Below, piece after piece: positions 27,252 to 37,146 of a stretch of 37,146 nt of DNA (the stretch's first letter is position 1; each line of letters begins with the position of its first letter). The notes below the pieces were generated by a model, which was not told the DNA's origin, searched no databases, and was given only the letters and a program-made list of their open reading frames with translations. A program made the position numbers and the translations under genes. The DNA comes from Gemmatimonadota bacterium. GTDB taxonomy: Bacteria > Gemmatimonadota > Gemmatimonadetes > Palauibacterales > Palauibacteraceae. The DNA is taken from the NCBI GenBank assembly GCA_046758745.1, contig JBHIAV010000029.1:1-37146 (forward strand). The letters are read 5' to 3'.

Positions 27252-28229
27252 TCAGCGGTCGCGCCGGCGCCACGCTTCGGTGAACCGGGTCTTGATCCGG
27301 TCCACGGCGGCGTCCACCTCCTCGAGGATCTCCTGTGCGGTGTCGCGATATCCGGCGATCGCCTCCGCGAGATCCTCCCGATACGGGTGCGTGTCTTCCT
27401 CGTCTCGGCGCTGGTACTCGCCCGCCAGGATCCGGTCGTACGCGCCGCTCTCGACCCACTCCCGAAGCTCGGCGACCCGGACCACCGCGAACGGGTGCGT
27501 GGCCCCCAACACGTTGAGGACCTTGTACACGGAATCGAGCAGGTCGCCTCCCTCGCGGTAGTCATCGGACTGCGCGATGAACTCCTCGAGGTTCAGCTCG
27601 TGGCCGCGCATGCCGCCGGCCATCTTCATGAGGGCGCCGTTCGACACGTCCAGGTCCTGCACGGCGAGCAGACCGGCCCGGTCCGAGGAGAGCTCGCTCT
27701 TGCGATACCATTCCAGCAGGCCGAAGAGGATCGGCCGTAGCGCGATCCCGGCAAGCGGGTAGCGGAACACCGTGAGGCGGAGGATGATGAGCAGCAAGGT
27801 GCGGTACAACACGTGGCCGCTGATGATGTGTCCGACCTCGTGCCCGAGCACGGACTCCACCTCGTCCTGATTGAGCACCTCTAGCATCGAGGAGTTCAGG
27901 ACGATGAAAGGGTCGCTCATCCCGACGGCACCCGCGTTCACGATCGGAGTCTGCGAGATGTACAGTTCCGGCCGCTTCTCCACATCGAGCACCTCGCACA
28001 CCCGCACGAGCCGCTCGTGGACCCATGCATACTGTTTCTCGCTGACCCGGACTGCGTTCGCCTTGAAGGCAAGGCGGATCGCGCGCTCGCCAAACATCCC
28101 GAACACCTTGCGCAGGGCCAGGTCGAAGCCTGGGATCTTCCGCAGGGCGTTCAGGGCGGCCCGATCCGCCGGGTGCTCCCAGGCGATCGGGCCGATCGCG
28201 GTCAGAACTCTACGCTGGGTCGTTTCCAT
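27252..28229 (-). CDS. M48 family zinc metallopeptidase
   Basis: WEHPADRAAL, HEVGH (HExxH), ELSSDR, THP motifs. Confidence 0.92.
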   Translation of the reverse strand: METTQRRVLTAIGPIAWEHPADRAALNALRKIPGFDLALRKVFGMFGERAIRLAFKANAVRVSEKQYAWVHERLVRVCEVLDVEKRPELYISQTPIVNAGAVGMSDPFIVLNSSMLEVLNQDEVESVLGHEVGHIISGHVLYRTLLLIILRLTVFRYPLAGIALRPILFGLLEWYRKSELSSDRAGLLAVQDLDVSNGALMKMAGGMRGHELNLEEFIAQSDDYREGGDLLDSVYKVLNVLGATHPFAVVRVAELREWVESGAYDRILAGEYQRRDEEDTHPYREDLAEAIAGYRDTAQEILEEVDAAVDRIKTRFTEAWRRRDR

Positions 28230-28262
28230 ATCTTGCCTCCTGCACGGTCGCTCGCTCCATGC

Positions 28263-29474
28263 TCAACCCGGTGTACGCGCCGGTCGGGGGTGCGGTTTCA
28301 GCGACCCCTCCTCCATAGCTGCCAGCGCGCGCTCCAGATCGGCGATGAGGTCATCCGCGTCCTCGATCCCGATCGAGAGGCGAACCAGGCCGTCGGTCAG
28401 CCCCATTCGCTCCCGCCGTTCCGGCGGAACCGAAGCGTGCGTCATGCGGGCGGGCACGGAGATGAGGCTCTCCACGCCACCGAGGCTCTCGGCCAGGGCG
28501 AAGATCCGCGTGCTCGACGCGAAGCGCTCCGCACGTTCGGCCGAGCCCGTCTCCACCGTGATCATCCCGCCGAACCCCCGCATTTGACGGCTGGCCAGCT
28601 CGTGCTGCGGGTGGGAGGAGAGCCCCGGGTAGAGGACGGATCGCAGGCCCGGCTGGCTCACGAGGTGTTCCGCGACCCGCGCGGCGTTCTCGCAGTGCGC
28701 TCGCATTCGCACGTGCAGCGTCTTGGTGCCGCGCAGCACCAGCCAGCAGTCCATGGGTCCCGGAACGCCCCCCGTCGCCTTCTGCTGGTAGAGCAGCTTC
28801 TCGGCGAGCTCGTCCGAGTTCACGACGAGCGCGCCGCCGATCACGTCGCTGTGCCCGTTCAGGTACTTGGTGGTGGAGTGCACCACGATGTCGGCCCCCA
28901 GGGCCAGCGGCTGCTGCAGGGACGGGGTGGCGAAGGTGTTGTCGACGGAGAGGAGGGCGCCGCCCCGGTGCGCGATCTCGGCGCACGCCGCGATGTCACT
29001 GAGCCGCATGAGCGGGTTGGTGGGCGTCTCGATGTGCACGAGGCGCGTGGAGGGCCGCATGGCCCGGTGGAGCGCGTCGGCGTCCGAGGTGTCCACGAAG
29101 CTGAACTCGATCCCGAAGCGGGCCCATACCGTGCGGAACATGCGCTCTGTGCCGCCATACACGTTGTCCTCGCACACCACGTGGTCGCCGGCGGAGAGCG
29201 TCGCTTTGAGGAGGGCCTCGATGGCGGCGAGCCCCGAGGCGAACGTCGCGCCGTGACGGCCTCCCTCCAGCGCCGCCAGGTTCGCCTCGAGCGCCGAGCG
29301 GGTGGGGTTCGACACCCGGGCGTACACGTTGCCGCGCCGGGGCCTGGCTACCCCGTCCTGAACGTAGGTCGAAGTCTGGAAGACCGGGGTCATGATGGCC
29401 CCCGTCACCGGATCAGGCTCCTGCCCGGCGTGAACCGCCCGCGTGGCGAAGCCGTCGGTCTCGCGCAGCTCCAT
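28263..29474 (-). CDS. Cystathionine gamma-synthase/lyase family PLP enzyme
   Basis: YARVSNPT, ETPTNP, VDNTF, HSTTKYLNGHSD (PLP lysine), AESLGGVESL, RLSIGIE. Confidence 0.95.
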   Translation of the reverse strand: MELRETDGFATRAVHAGQEPDPVTGAIMTPVFQTSTYVQDGVARPRRGNVYARVSNPTRSALEANLAALEGGRHGATFASGLAAIEALLKATLSAGDHVVCEDNVYGGTERMFRTVWARFGIEFSFVDTSDADALHRAMRPSTRLVHIETPTNPLMRLSDIAACAEIAHRGGALLSVDNTFATPSLQQPLALGADIVVHSTTKYLNGHSDVIGGALVVNSDELAEKLLYQQKATGGVPGPMDCWLVLRGTKTLHVRMRAHCENAARVAEHLVSQPGLRSVLYPGLSSHPQHELASRQMRGFGGMITVETGSAERAERFASSTRIFALAESLGGVESLISVPARMTHASVPPERRERMGLTDGLVRLSIGIEDADDLIADLERALAAMEEGSLKPHPRPARTPG

Positions 29475-29540
29475 CGCACCGCTTCCGTTTCTCCGTTCGC
29501 CCGATCGTCCGTCGTGCTCCGTCGTCTCAACCTAACGTTG

Positions 29541-29599
29541 CCGCGGCCGGTCTCGAAACGCCGGCCGTGGCCCGAGGCGCCGGTTCGAGGACCGGCGCC
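29541..29599. repeat. Two tandem hairpins upstream of the tnpA-like gene
   Basis: CCGCGGCCGG-tctcgaaacg-CCGGCCGTGG (29541-29570) and GGCGCCGGT-tcgagg-ACCGGCGCC (29576-29599). Confidence 0.55.
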
Positions 29600-29718
29600 G
29601 CGACACACGGGCTGCAGGGTGCGAGCCGGCGCGTGAGACATGGCCCGGTGCGGGGGGCAAGGACCGCCTCCCGGCGCCTGGATGACGAGCGGATGACCGT
29701 TCGTGGCATCGTTCGGGC

Positions 29719-30264
29719 ATGATCCAACCGCCTCTCCCCTCCGTCCCTCCCCGGCCGGCTCGGCCGCTCGGGTCTCCTGACGAAGACGCCCCGACGGGGC
29801 CTGGCGAAGGGCTCCCCGCGGTGGAGCGGGCGACACACCGCCTCTACGCGGTGGTCTGCTGGACGACGCTTGGGCGGCTGCCGCTCATCCGATCGGCGGT
29901 CCGGGCGACCATGGAAGGACACCTCATCGCTCTCTGCCGCCGGCTGGATGTCGAGCCCGTCTCGGTGACCGTCCTCTGCGATCGGGTTCACCTCCTCGTC
30001 CGCACCAAGCCGACCCACTCGATTGCCCGGCTCGTCGGTGCCCTGAAGCGGGGAGGGCGCGAGTCCCTGCAGAGCGCCGGTGAGCCGGTGCGTTGGGGTG
30101 CCGGCTTTGCCGCCATCTCGGTCGGGAGCCGCGAGGTTCGCCGGGTGATGCGCCTTCTCGCCGAGCTGGCGGAGCGCGAGGAACGACGTGAGGGGGGCCG
30201 CCGCCGGCTCCGCCGCCGCCCGCGCGGGCCGAACACGGGGGGATCGGCTCTTCGGCCCCGTTGA
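29719..30264 (+). CDS. IS200/IS605-family TnpA (Y1/HUH)-like protein with degenerate catalytic residues
   Basis: LYAVVCWTT..RLPLI, DRVHLLV, SIARLVGALK, WGAGFAAISVG follow the Y1_Tnp layout, but HUH reads RVH and YxxxQ reads LLAEL. Start could be GTG 29821. Confidence 0.75.
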   Translation: MIQPPLPSVPPRPARPLGSPDEDAPTGPGEGLPAVERATHRLYAVVCWTTLGRLPLIRSAVRATMEGHLIALCRRLDVEPVSVTVLCDRVHLLVRTKPTHSIARLVGALKRGGRESLQSAGEPVRWGAGFAAISVGSREVRRVMRLLAELAEREERREGGRRRLRRRPRGPNTGGSALRPR

Positions 30265-30383
30265 CACCCCGTTGAACCGGCTCCGTCGAGCGCCGGCTCT
30301 GTGCGGCCCGGCGCGCCGCCCGCCGGCTCCGCGGGGCCGTTGATGGGCCGTCCGCCGGCCCTCTCCGGGCCGTTGACGGGCCG
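30258..30383 (+). repeat. CCGTTGA motif cluster including a 17-nt direct repeat
   Basis: CCGTTGA at 30258, 30269, 30337 and 30370; GGGCCGTTGAYGGGCCG at 30334-30350 and 30367-30383. Confidence 0.6.
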
Positions 30384-30402
30384 CGAGGAAGGCGAGTAGT
30401 GT
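30373..30402 (+). promoter_or_regulatory. Putative sigma70 promoter for glmM-glmS
   Basis: TTGACG-N18-TAGTGT. Confidence 0.5.
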
Positions 30403-30416
30403 ACGGGGGAGCGCCC

Positions 30417-30453
30417 GCGGCCCACGGAACCTCGCCGGGGCCGTTGTTTTTTT
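30417..30453 (+). terminator. Intrinsic terminator-like hairpin upstream of glmM
   Basis: CGGCCC-a-CGG / CCG-GGGCCG stem with a 7-nt loop, followed by TTGTTTTTTT. Confidence 0.65.
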
Positions 30454-30498
30454 CCGGGGCCGCCCGAACGGTTCCGCCCAAGCGAATCGCGGAGAGGC

Positions 30499-31893
30499 GT
30501 GTCCGATTCTCTGATCGTCTCCGCCTCGGGCATCCGGGGCGTCTTCGGCGAGGGGCTCACGCCGGAGGTCGCCGCTCGGTATGGGGCGGCGTTCGGCACG
30601 CTGCTCGCCGCCGGGACCGCCGATCGAACGGACGGCTACGTGCTGGTCGGACGAGACTCCCGCGTCTCCGGCGCCCTCCTGGCGGAGGCGGCGACGGCCG
30701 GCCTGCGGGGCGCCGGCATGGAGGTGCGCGACCTCGGCGTGGCGCCCACCCCGACGATCCTCCTCGCTGCCGGAGACGATGAGCGGGCGGAGGGCGCCCT
30801 CATCGTCACCGCGTCGCACAACCCGATCGAGTGGAACGGCCTTAAGCTGGCAGGGGCGGACGGACGGTTCCTCTCCCGGGAGGCGGGCCTCCGGGTGCAG
30901 CGGTTGTACCGGGAGGGCTCCACCCACCCGCGCTGGGAGGGGGTCGACAGACGCGAGCCGCTCGCCGGCGCGATCGACCACCACGTAGAGCGAATCCTTG
31001 CCCTCCCTCTCGTCGCCCGCGAGGCCATCGCCCGCCGCCGCCCGCTGGTCGCACTCGACTGCGTCCGGGGGGCGGGCGGGATGATCATGCCGGCGCTCCT
31101 CCGCCGGCTCGGGTGCGACGTGTTGGGCCTCGACCTCGAGCCGGATGGGAGATTCCCTCGCGATCCCGAGCCGACGGCCGAGAACCTGGACCGGCTCAGC
31201 GCGCTGGTACGGGAGGGAAGCGCCGGGGTGGGTCTGGCCGTCGACCCCGATGCCGATCGGCTCTCTCTGGTCGACGAGGGCGGCACCCCGATCGGAGAGG
31301 ATTGGACCCTCGCGCTTGCGGTGGAGTACGTGCTGTCCGTGGGGAGCGGTCCGGTCGTCACCAACCTCTCGTCCAGCCAGTGCATCGAAGACGCGGCGGA
31401 GCGCGGGGGAGCACTCTGCCTTCGGACGGCGGTCGGTGAGGTGAACGTGGCGGAGCGGATGGCCGAGATCGGTGCCGTGATCGGCGGGGAAGGGAACGGC
31501 GGGGTGATCCTCCCCCGTCTGCACCTCACCCGCGACGCTCCGCTGGCGGCGGCCCTCATCCTGAGCTTGATTGCCGAACGGGAGCGCGGTATCGGGGAGA
31601 TGCTGCGGGCGTGGCCGCGCTACCACATGGTGAAGCGCCGCTGCCCACGCCCGTCTGCGTCGCTCGAGACGCTCTACCGGGCCCTGCGCCACGGGGCCTC
31701 GCCGGGAGCCGATACGGACGATACGGACGGCGTGTGGCTGGCGTGGCCGGAGCGGCGCGAGTGGGTGCACGTTCGTCCATCCGGGACGGAACCGATCTTG
31801 CGTGTGGTGGCGGAAGCGAAAAGCGAGGCGCGGGCGGAACGGCTCGCCGGCTGGGCCGAGAGCGTGGCGGTGGGGATCGAAGGGACGGGCTGA
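30499..31893 (+). CDS. glmM: Phosphoglucosamine mutase (alpha-phosphohexomutase)
   Basis: SGIRG, GRDSRVSG, TASHNP, DPDADR, GGEGNGG, RPSGTEP; adjacent to glmS. Confidence 0.88.
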   Translation: MSDSLIVSASGIRGVFGEGLTPEVAARYGAAFGTLLAAGTADRTDGYVLVGRDSRVSGALLAEAATAGLRGAGMEVRDLGVAPTPTILLAAGDDERAEGALIVTASHNPIEWNGLKLAGADGRFLSREAGLRVQRLYREGSTHPRWEGVDRREPLAGAIDHHVERILALPLVAREAIARRRPLVALDCVRGAGGMIMPALLRRLGCDVLGLDLEPDGRFPRDPEPTAENLDRLSALVREGSAGVGLAVDPDADRLSLVDEGGTPIGEDWTLALAVEYVLSVGSGPVVTNLSSSQCIEDAAERGGALCLRTAVGEVNVAERMAEIGAVIGGEGNGGVILPRLHLTRDAPLAAALILSLIAERERGIGEMLRAWPRYHMVKRRCPRPSASLETLYRALRHGASPGADTDDTDGVWLAWPERREWVHVRPSGTEPILRVVAEAKSEARAERLAGWAESVAVGIEGTG

Positions 31894-31926
31894 CCCTCCC
31901 GGGCCCCGCAGGAGGATCGCGGCGAC

Positions 31927-33783
<1,857 letters not shown>

Positions 33784-33882
33784 GAAAGTGCTCCGACACG
33801 GCGGGCGGCGAGGGATCGCGCGCACGCGTTCGGGGTTCTACCTTGAACGGGGCCCGAGGAGGGTCAACAGCCGGGAGCGCAC

Positions 33883-34338
33883 ATGGCTGCCGATTACATG
33901 CAGGCTCTCAAGGAACAGGTGGCGGGCTACGCTGGCACCCTGCGTGAGGTCGTGCTCCTCGCCCCGGTCTACGGCATGCTCATGTTTCACCTGCTCAGCG
34001 ACCCCCGCCTCTCGGCCCACCACAGGCTATGGGTGGACGCGGCGATCGCCTACCTCGTCAGTCCGAACGACGTGATCCCGGAGAACGAGGTGGGACCCTA
34101 CGGATACCTGGATGACATCTTCTGCTGCGCGTATGTGGCGAGTCGCATCGCGGATGAGATCGGGTGGGAGGTGGTCGAGGAGGGTTGGACGGGGCGCGGC
34201 TCCGCGCACGAGGTCTCGCAGCAGGTTCTTGCTCGGGAGCAGGAGCTGCTGGGCACCGCGGGCGACGACGTCCTTCGCTTCGCTGGCCTGTACGAGTCTT
34301 TCGCGCCGCAGGACTCCGGTCCGGCGCCCCAGGGCTGA
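33883..34338 (+). CDS. YkvA/DUF1232 family protein
   Basis: AAIAYLVSPNDVIPE...GYLDD signature. Confidence 0.85.
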   Translation: MAADYMQALKEQVAGYAGTLREVVLLAPVYGMLMFHLLSDPRLSAHHRLWVDAAIAYLVSPNDVIPENEVGPYGYLDDIFCCAYVASRIADEIGWEVVEEGWTGRGSAHEVSQQVLAREQELLGTAGDDVLRFAGLYESFAPQDSGPAPQG

Positions 34339-34369
34339 GCAGGGCGTCCGAGCTCGGCGCGATCGCCGG

Positions 34370-35131
34370 TTGTCGCGTTTCTCCTTCCTTCTCCGCCACC
34401 GGGCGCTGCTCGGATTCCCGTGGATCGTAGCCGTCGCCGTACTCTCGGCCACCGACGAGGCGGCGGCCCAGTACCGGCTCGAGTCTCCATCCGGCCGCCG
34501 GCTCGAGTTCTCGAGCGAGCGGCTCAGGACCATGCTCGACACCACCCGGGCTCTCTACACGGACCTCGAACAAGACCCGCGGGTGGGCTATTTCATCGAT
34601 GTGGGACCGGCGGTACCGACGCGGGAGCCCGATCCCGCGTTTCCCTGGAACGCGGTCGAGGTGCGCAGCGACTCGCTGGCCGCGGTGCGGACCCCGGGCA
34701 ACCTGCGCGAGGCCGATCGCGCGTACTTCAACTACGCGGTCATGCGCATGCGCGCCGTGCGCGGGGGGGATCCCGACGTGAGCTGCGACTCGCTAATGGC
34801 GGTCGAGAGCGGCGTGGTTTCCGCCTTCGCCGACGGGTGGATCGTTGCCCGGACCCTGTTCGGCGGCCCGCCGTACCCCCCCTTGGACGAGATCGGATTC
34901 GCGCGCGAGGCCGGAGTGCTTCCCGGCCTCATCGCGGCGCGCGGGGATCGGCACCTCGGCGCCTGCGCGGAGGAGTGGGCCGAGGCTCACCCGGAAGAGG
35001 TCGAGGCATACCGGCAGTGGCGACGGTCCGCCTTCCTGGCGGCACTGGAGCCCGATCCAGAGACGTCGGCCGACTCGGCGTCCCCCATAGAGCTTCCGAT
35101 TCTCGACGAGGACACGGCCCCGGACGACTGA
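34370..35131 (+). CDS. Hypothetical exported protein
   Basis: Signal-peptide-like N-terminus ending AAA-Q, two Cys, acidic tail; TTG start inferred. Confidence 0.7.
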   Translation: MSRFSFLLRHRALLGFPWIVAVAVLSATDEAAAQYRLESPSGRRLEFSSERLRTMLDTTRALYTDLEQDPRVGYFIDVGPAVPTREPDPAFPWNAVEVRSDSLAAVRTPGNLREADRAYFNYAVMRMRAVRGGDPDVSCDSLMAVESGVVSAFADGWIVARTLFGGPPYPPLDEIGFAREAGVLPGLIAARGDRHLGACAEEWAEAHPEEVEAYRQWRRSAFLAALEPDPETSADSASPIELPILDEDTAPDD

Positions 35132-35262
35132 TGGATCACATCGGCTGGCGGTCGGAAGTCGCCATTTCGCACTCGGACAAGACCTTCTGTCGAGAGCGTG
35201 GGGGGGTGGACGAGGCGCTTCGAGCTGCGTGGGGGCGGACATCGGCGGCGACGGGCGGCTGA
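35131..35262 (+). other. 43-codon ORF coupled to both neighbours; possible gene remnant
   Basis: TGATG overlaps at both ends (35129-35133 and 35260-35264). Confidence 0.35.
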
Positions 35263-36746
35263 TGAGCCTCCGCTTCACGAACACGCTCACCGGAGCTCTC
35301 GAAGAGTTCCGGCCGTTGGAGGGGGGGCGGGTGCGCATGTACACGTGCGGCCCCACCGTGTACGACCGTGCCCACATCGGAAACTTCCGGACCTTCGTGT
35401 GGGAGGATCTGCTCCGCCGCTATCTCGAGTGGAAGGGATACGAGGTCACGCAGGTCATGAACCTCACCGACGTCGACGACCGGACGATCGGTGCCGCGGT
35501 CGAAGGGGGCGTGGGCCTCTCCGAGGTCACCCGGCCGGTGATCGAGGCGTTCTTCGAGGACTGGGAGACGCTCGGACTGGAGCCGGTGGAGCACAACCCG
35601 CGGGCCACCGAGCACATCCCACAGATGATCGAACTGGTGAGGACGCTGGAGGGGAAGGGGCACACGTACGAGAGCGAGGGCTCGGTCTATTTCGCGATCG
35701 CCAGCTTTCCCGGTTACGGGCGGCTCATCCAACTGGATCCGTCACGGCTTAGAGGCTCCGGTCGGGTCAGCGGGGACGAGGAATATTCGAAGGAGGATCC
35801 GAGGGACTTCGTCCTGTGGAAGGGGGCAGCGCGTGGTCCGGAGGCCGAGGTGGCGGTCTGGGACTCCCCCTGGGGGCCGGGCCGGCCGGGCTGGCACCTG
35901 GAATGCTCGGCCATGGCGATGGAGTATCTGGGTCCTCGGCTTGACATCCACACGGGCGGGGTGGACAACATCTTTCCCCACCACGTGAACGAGATGGCGC
36001 AGTCCGAGGCATCCACCGGCGAGCCGTTCGCCCGCTACTGGCTGCACGCCGCCCACCTCCTGGTGGACGGGGAGAAGATGTCCAAGTCGCTGGGGAACTT
36101 CTACACCATCCCGGACCTCCTCGCGCTCGGTTGCAGGCCATCGGCGATCCGCTACCTCCTCCTGAGCGGGCATTATCGCAGCCACCTGAATTTCACCCTC
36201 GAGGGAGTGCGCCAGGCGGATCGGGCGCTCGACAGGCTCATCGAGTTCGGGGCGCGAGTGAGGAAGATCGGGGAGACGGCCGGAAGCTACCCATCGTCCG
36301 GAGAGATCGAGGCCGTGGTGGAGCGCGCGCGAGGGGAGTTCGTCTCCGCGATGGACGAGGACCTCAACGTGAGCGAGGCGCTCGCGGCGATCTTCCGGTG
36401 CATACGGGACGTGAACGGGCTGCTGGACCGAAGCGGCGACCGGGCTTCCCGCGAGGAGGCGGCCGCCGTTCTTTCCCTGCTGACGGACTTCGACGCGATA
36501 TTCGGCGTGGTTGCGCTTCGCAAGCGGGAGCTGAGCGAGGTCCCCCCGACGCTCCGCGCGTGGGTCGAGGAACGGATCGCACAGCGGAACGCCGCGCGGG
36601 CTGCACGTGACTTCGCCCGAGCGGACGCGATCCGTGACGAGGTGGCGGAGCGCGGGTTCGCCCTGGAGGACACCCCGGAGGGGACCCGCTGGAAGTGGGC
36701 CGGCGCTCCGTCGGGTGCGGTGCCCGGAAGCGCCGCCCCCCGCTAG
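35262..36746 (+). CDS. cysS: Cysteine-tRNA ligase
   Basis: MYTCGPTVY, HIGN, DFVLWK, GRPGWHLEC, KMSKS, ADAIRD. Confidence 0.98.
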   Translation: MSLRFTNTLTGALEEFRPLEGGRVRMYTCGPTVYDRAHIGNFRTFVWEDLLRRYLEWKGYEVTQVMNLTDVDDRTIGAAVEGGVGLSEVTRPVIEAFFEDWETLGLEPVEHNPRATEHIPQMIELVRTLEGKGHTYESEGSVYFAIASFPGYGRLIQLDPSRLRGSGRVSGDEEYSKEDPRDFVLWKGAARGPEAEVAVWDSPWGPGRPGWHLECSAMAMEYLGPRLDIHTGGVDNIFPHHVNEMAQSEASTGEPFARYWLHAAHLLVDGEKMSKSLGNFYTIPDLLALGCRPSAIRYLLLSGHYRSHLNFTLEGVRQADRALDRLIEFGARVRKIGETAGSYPSSGEIEAVVERARGEFVSAMDEDLNVSEALAAIFRCIRDVNGLLDRSGDRASREEAAAVLSLLTDFDAIFGVVALRKRELSEVPPTLRAWVEERIAQRNAARAARDFARADAIRDEVAERGFALEDTPEGTRWKWAGAPSGAVPGSAAPR

Positions 36747-36748
36747 TG

Positions 36749-36777
36749 TTGACGCATGAGATACCTGCCTCTATGTT
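36749..36777 (+). promoter_or_regulatory. Sigma70 promoter of the tRNA-tuf operon
   Basis: TTGACG-N17-TATGTT ending 14 nt before tRNA-Thr. Confidence 0.75.
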
Positions 36778-36791
36778 ACCGATCTCTCGTT

Positions 36792-36864
36792 GCTGACGTA
36801 GCTCAATCGGCAGAGCGTCGGATTTGTAATCCGAAGGTTGTGGGTTCGACCCCCACCGTCAGCT
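36792..36864 (+). tRNA. tRNA-Thr (TGT)
   Basis: Acceptor GCTGACG/CGTCAGC, anticodon arm TCGGA-TTTGTAA-TCCGA, T-arm GTGGG-TTCGACC-CCCAC; CCA not encoded. Confidence 0.96.
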
Positions 36865-36967
36865 CAGTACGGGGTCGGGATCGCCGCTACGGCTTCCTCG
36901 AGAGCGTCGCGCTCGCCTGGGCGCGAGTGCCTTCCCGGAGACGCGGTGAGGGTGGGTCCGGTCGATC

Positions 36968-37050
36968 GGTGGGGTACCGAAGCGGCCAAACGGAGCAGAC
37001 TGTAAATCTGCCGGCTTATGCCTTCGGAGGTTCGAATCCTCCCCCCACCA
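36968..37050 (+). tRNA. tRNA-Tyr (GTA)
   Basis: Acceptor GGTGGGG/CCCCACC, anticodon arm GCAGA-CTGTAAA-TCTGC, long variable arm, GGAGG-TTCGAAT-CCTCC; CCA not encoded. Confidence 0.96.
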
Positions 37051-37113
37051 TCACTGCACCAGAGCGACCGGTAGGGATCCAATGCCACGCGCATGACCAG
37101 GAGCAAGTGAGGG

Positions 37114-37146
37114 ATGGCGAAGAAGAGGTTTGAGCGGACGAAGCCG
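37114..37146 (+). CDS. tuf: Elongation factor Tu, 5' fragment (runs off the window)
   Basis: MAKKRFERTKP matches the EF-Tu N-terminus and follows the Thr/Tyr tRNAs as in tufB operons. Confidence 0.9.
   Translation, partial: MAKKRFERTKP

Noticed and set aside
29541-30462. Active IS200/IS605 element or TnpB/omegaRNA system
   Set aside because: No tnpB/iscB ORF, catalytic residues are absent, and no clear element ends can be defined.
31894-31926. glmS ribozyme
   Set aside because: Only 33 nt separate glmM and glmS, far too short.
36865-36967. Possible hidden tRNA between Thr and Tyr
   Set aside because: No GTTCGA T-loop or cloverleaf; only a GC hairpin.

Overview
A 37 kb, very GC-rich bacterial chromosomal segment made mostly of housekeeping genes. 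Gene content is compatible with a Gram-negative such as a Gemmatimonadota member, but that is inference only. In order: two tandem cold-shock genes (-); a divergent regulatory region; a small hypothetical; pyk; an MBL hydrolase; lepA; a long + strand run (waaF-like GT9, ROK kinase, PfkB kinase, STAS-HATPase, STAS-wHTH, penicillin-acylase family, a gutted ypdA-like remnant, nifU-like, mrp, an internally deleted MATE, DUF62 SAM hydrolase); an ECF sigma/anti-sigma/membrane-protein operon (-); a futalosine-type ubiD/ubiA/ubiX trio; a YfcE-like phosphoesterase; mutM, purD, M48 peptidase and a trans-sulfuration enzyme (-); a catalytically degenerate IS200-like TnpA; glmM-glmS; DUF1232; a secreted hypothetical; cysS; tRNA-Thr, tRNA-Tyr and the start of tuf. 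No CRISPR array, prophage or intact IS was seen. Best leads: (i) a coupled STAS-Ser-kinase / STAS-winged-helix pair that looks like a two-gene partner-switch regulator; (ii) an intact Y1 transposase ORF lacking its catalytic residues, flanked by hairpins and repeats; (iii) tandem NrdR-like boxes over a near-consensus promoter with no nrd gene downstream; (iv) candidate attenuators in the csp and glmM leaders; (v) several clean internal-deletion scars. Family assignments come from motif recognition by eye, not database searches.
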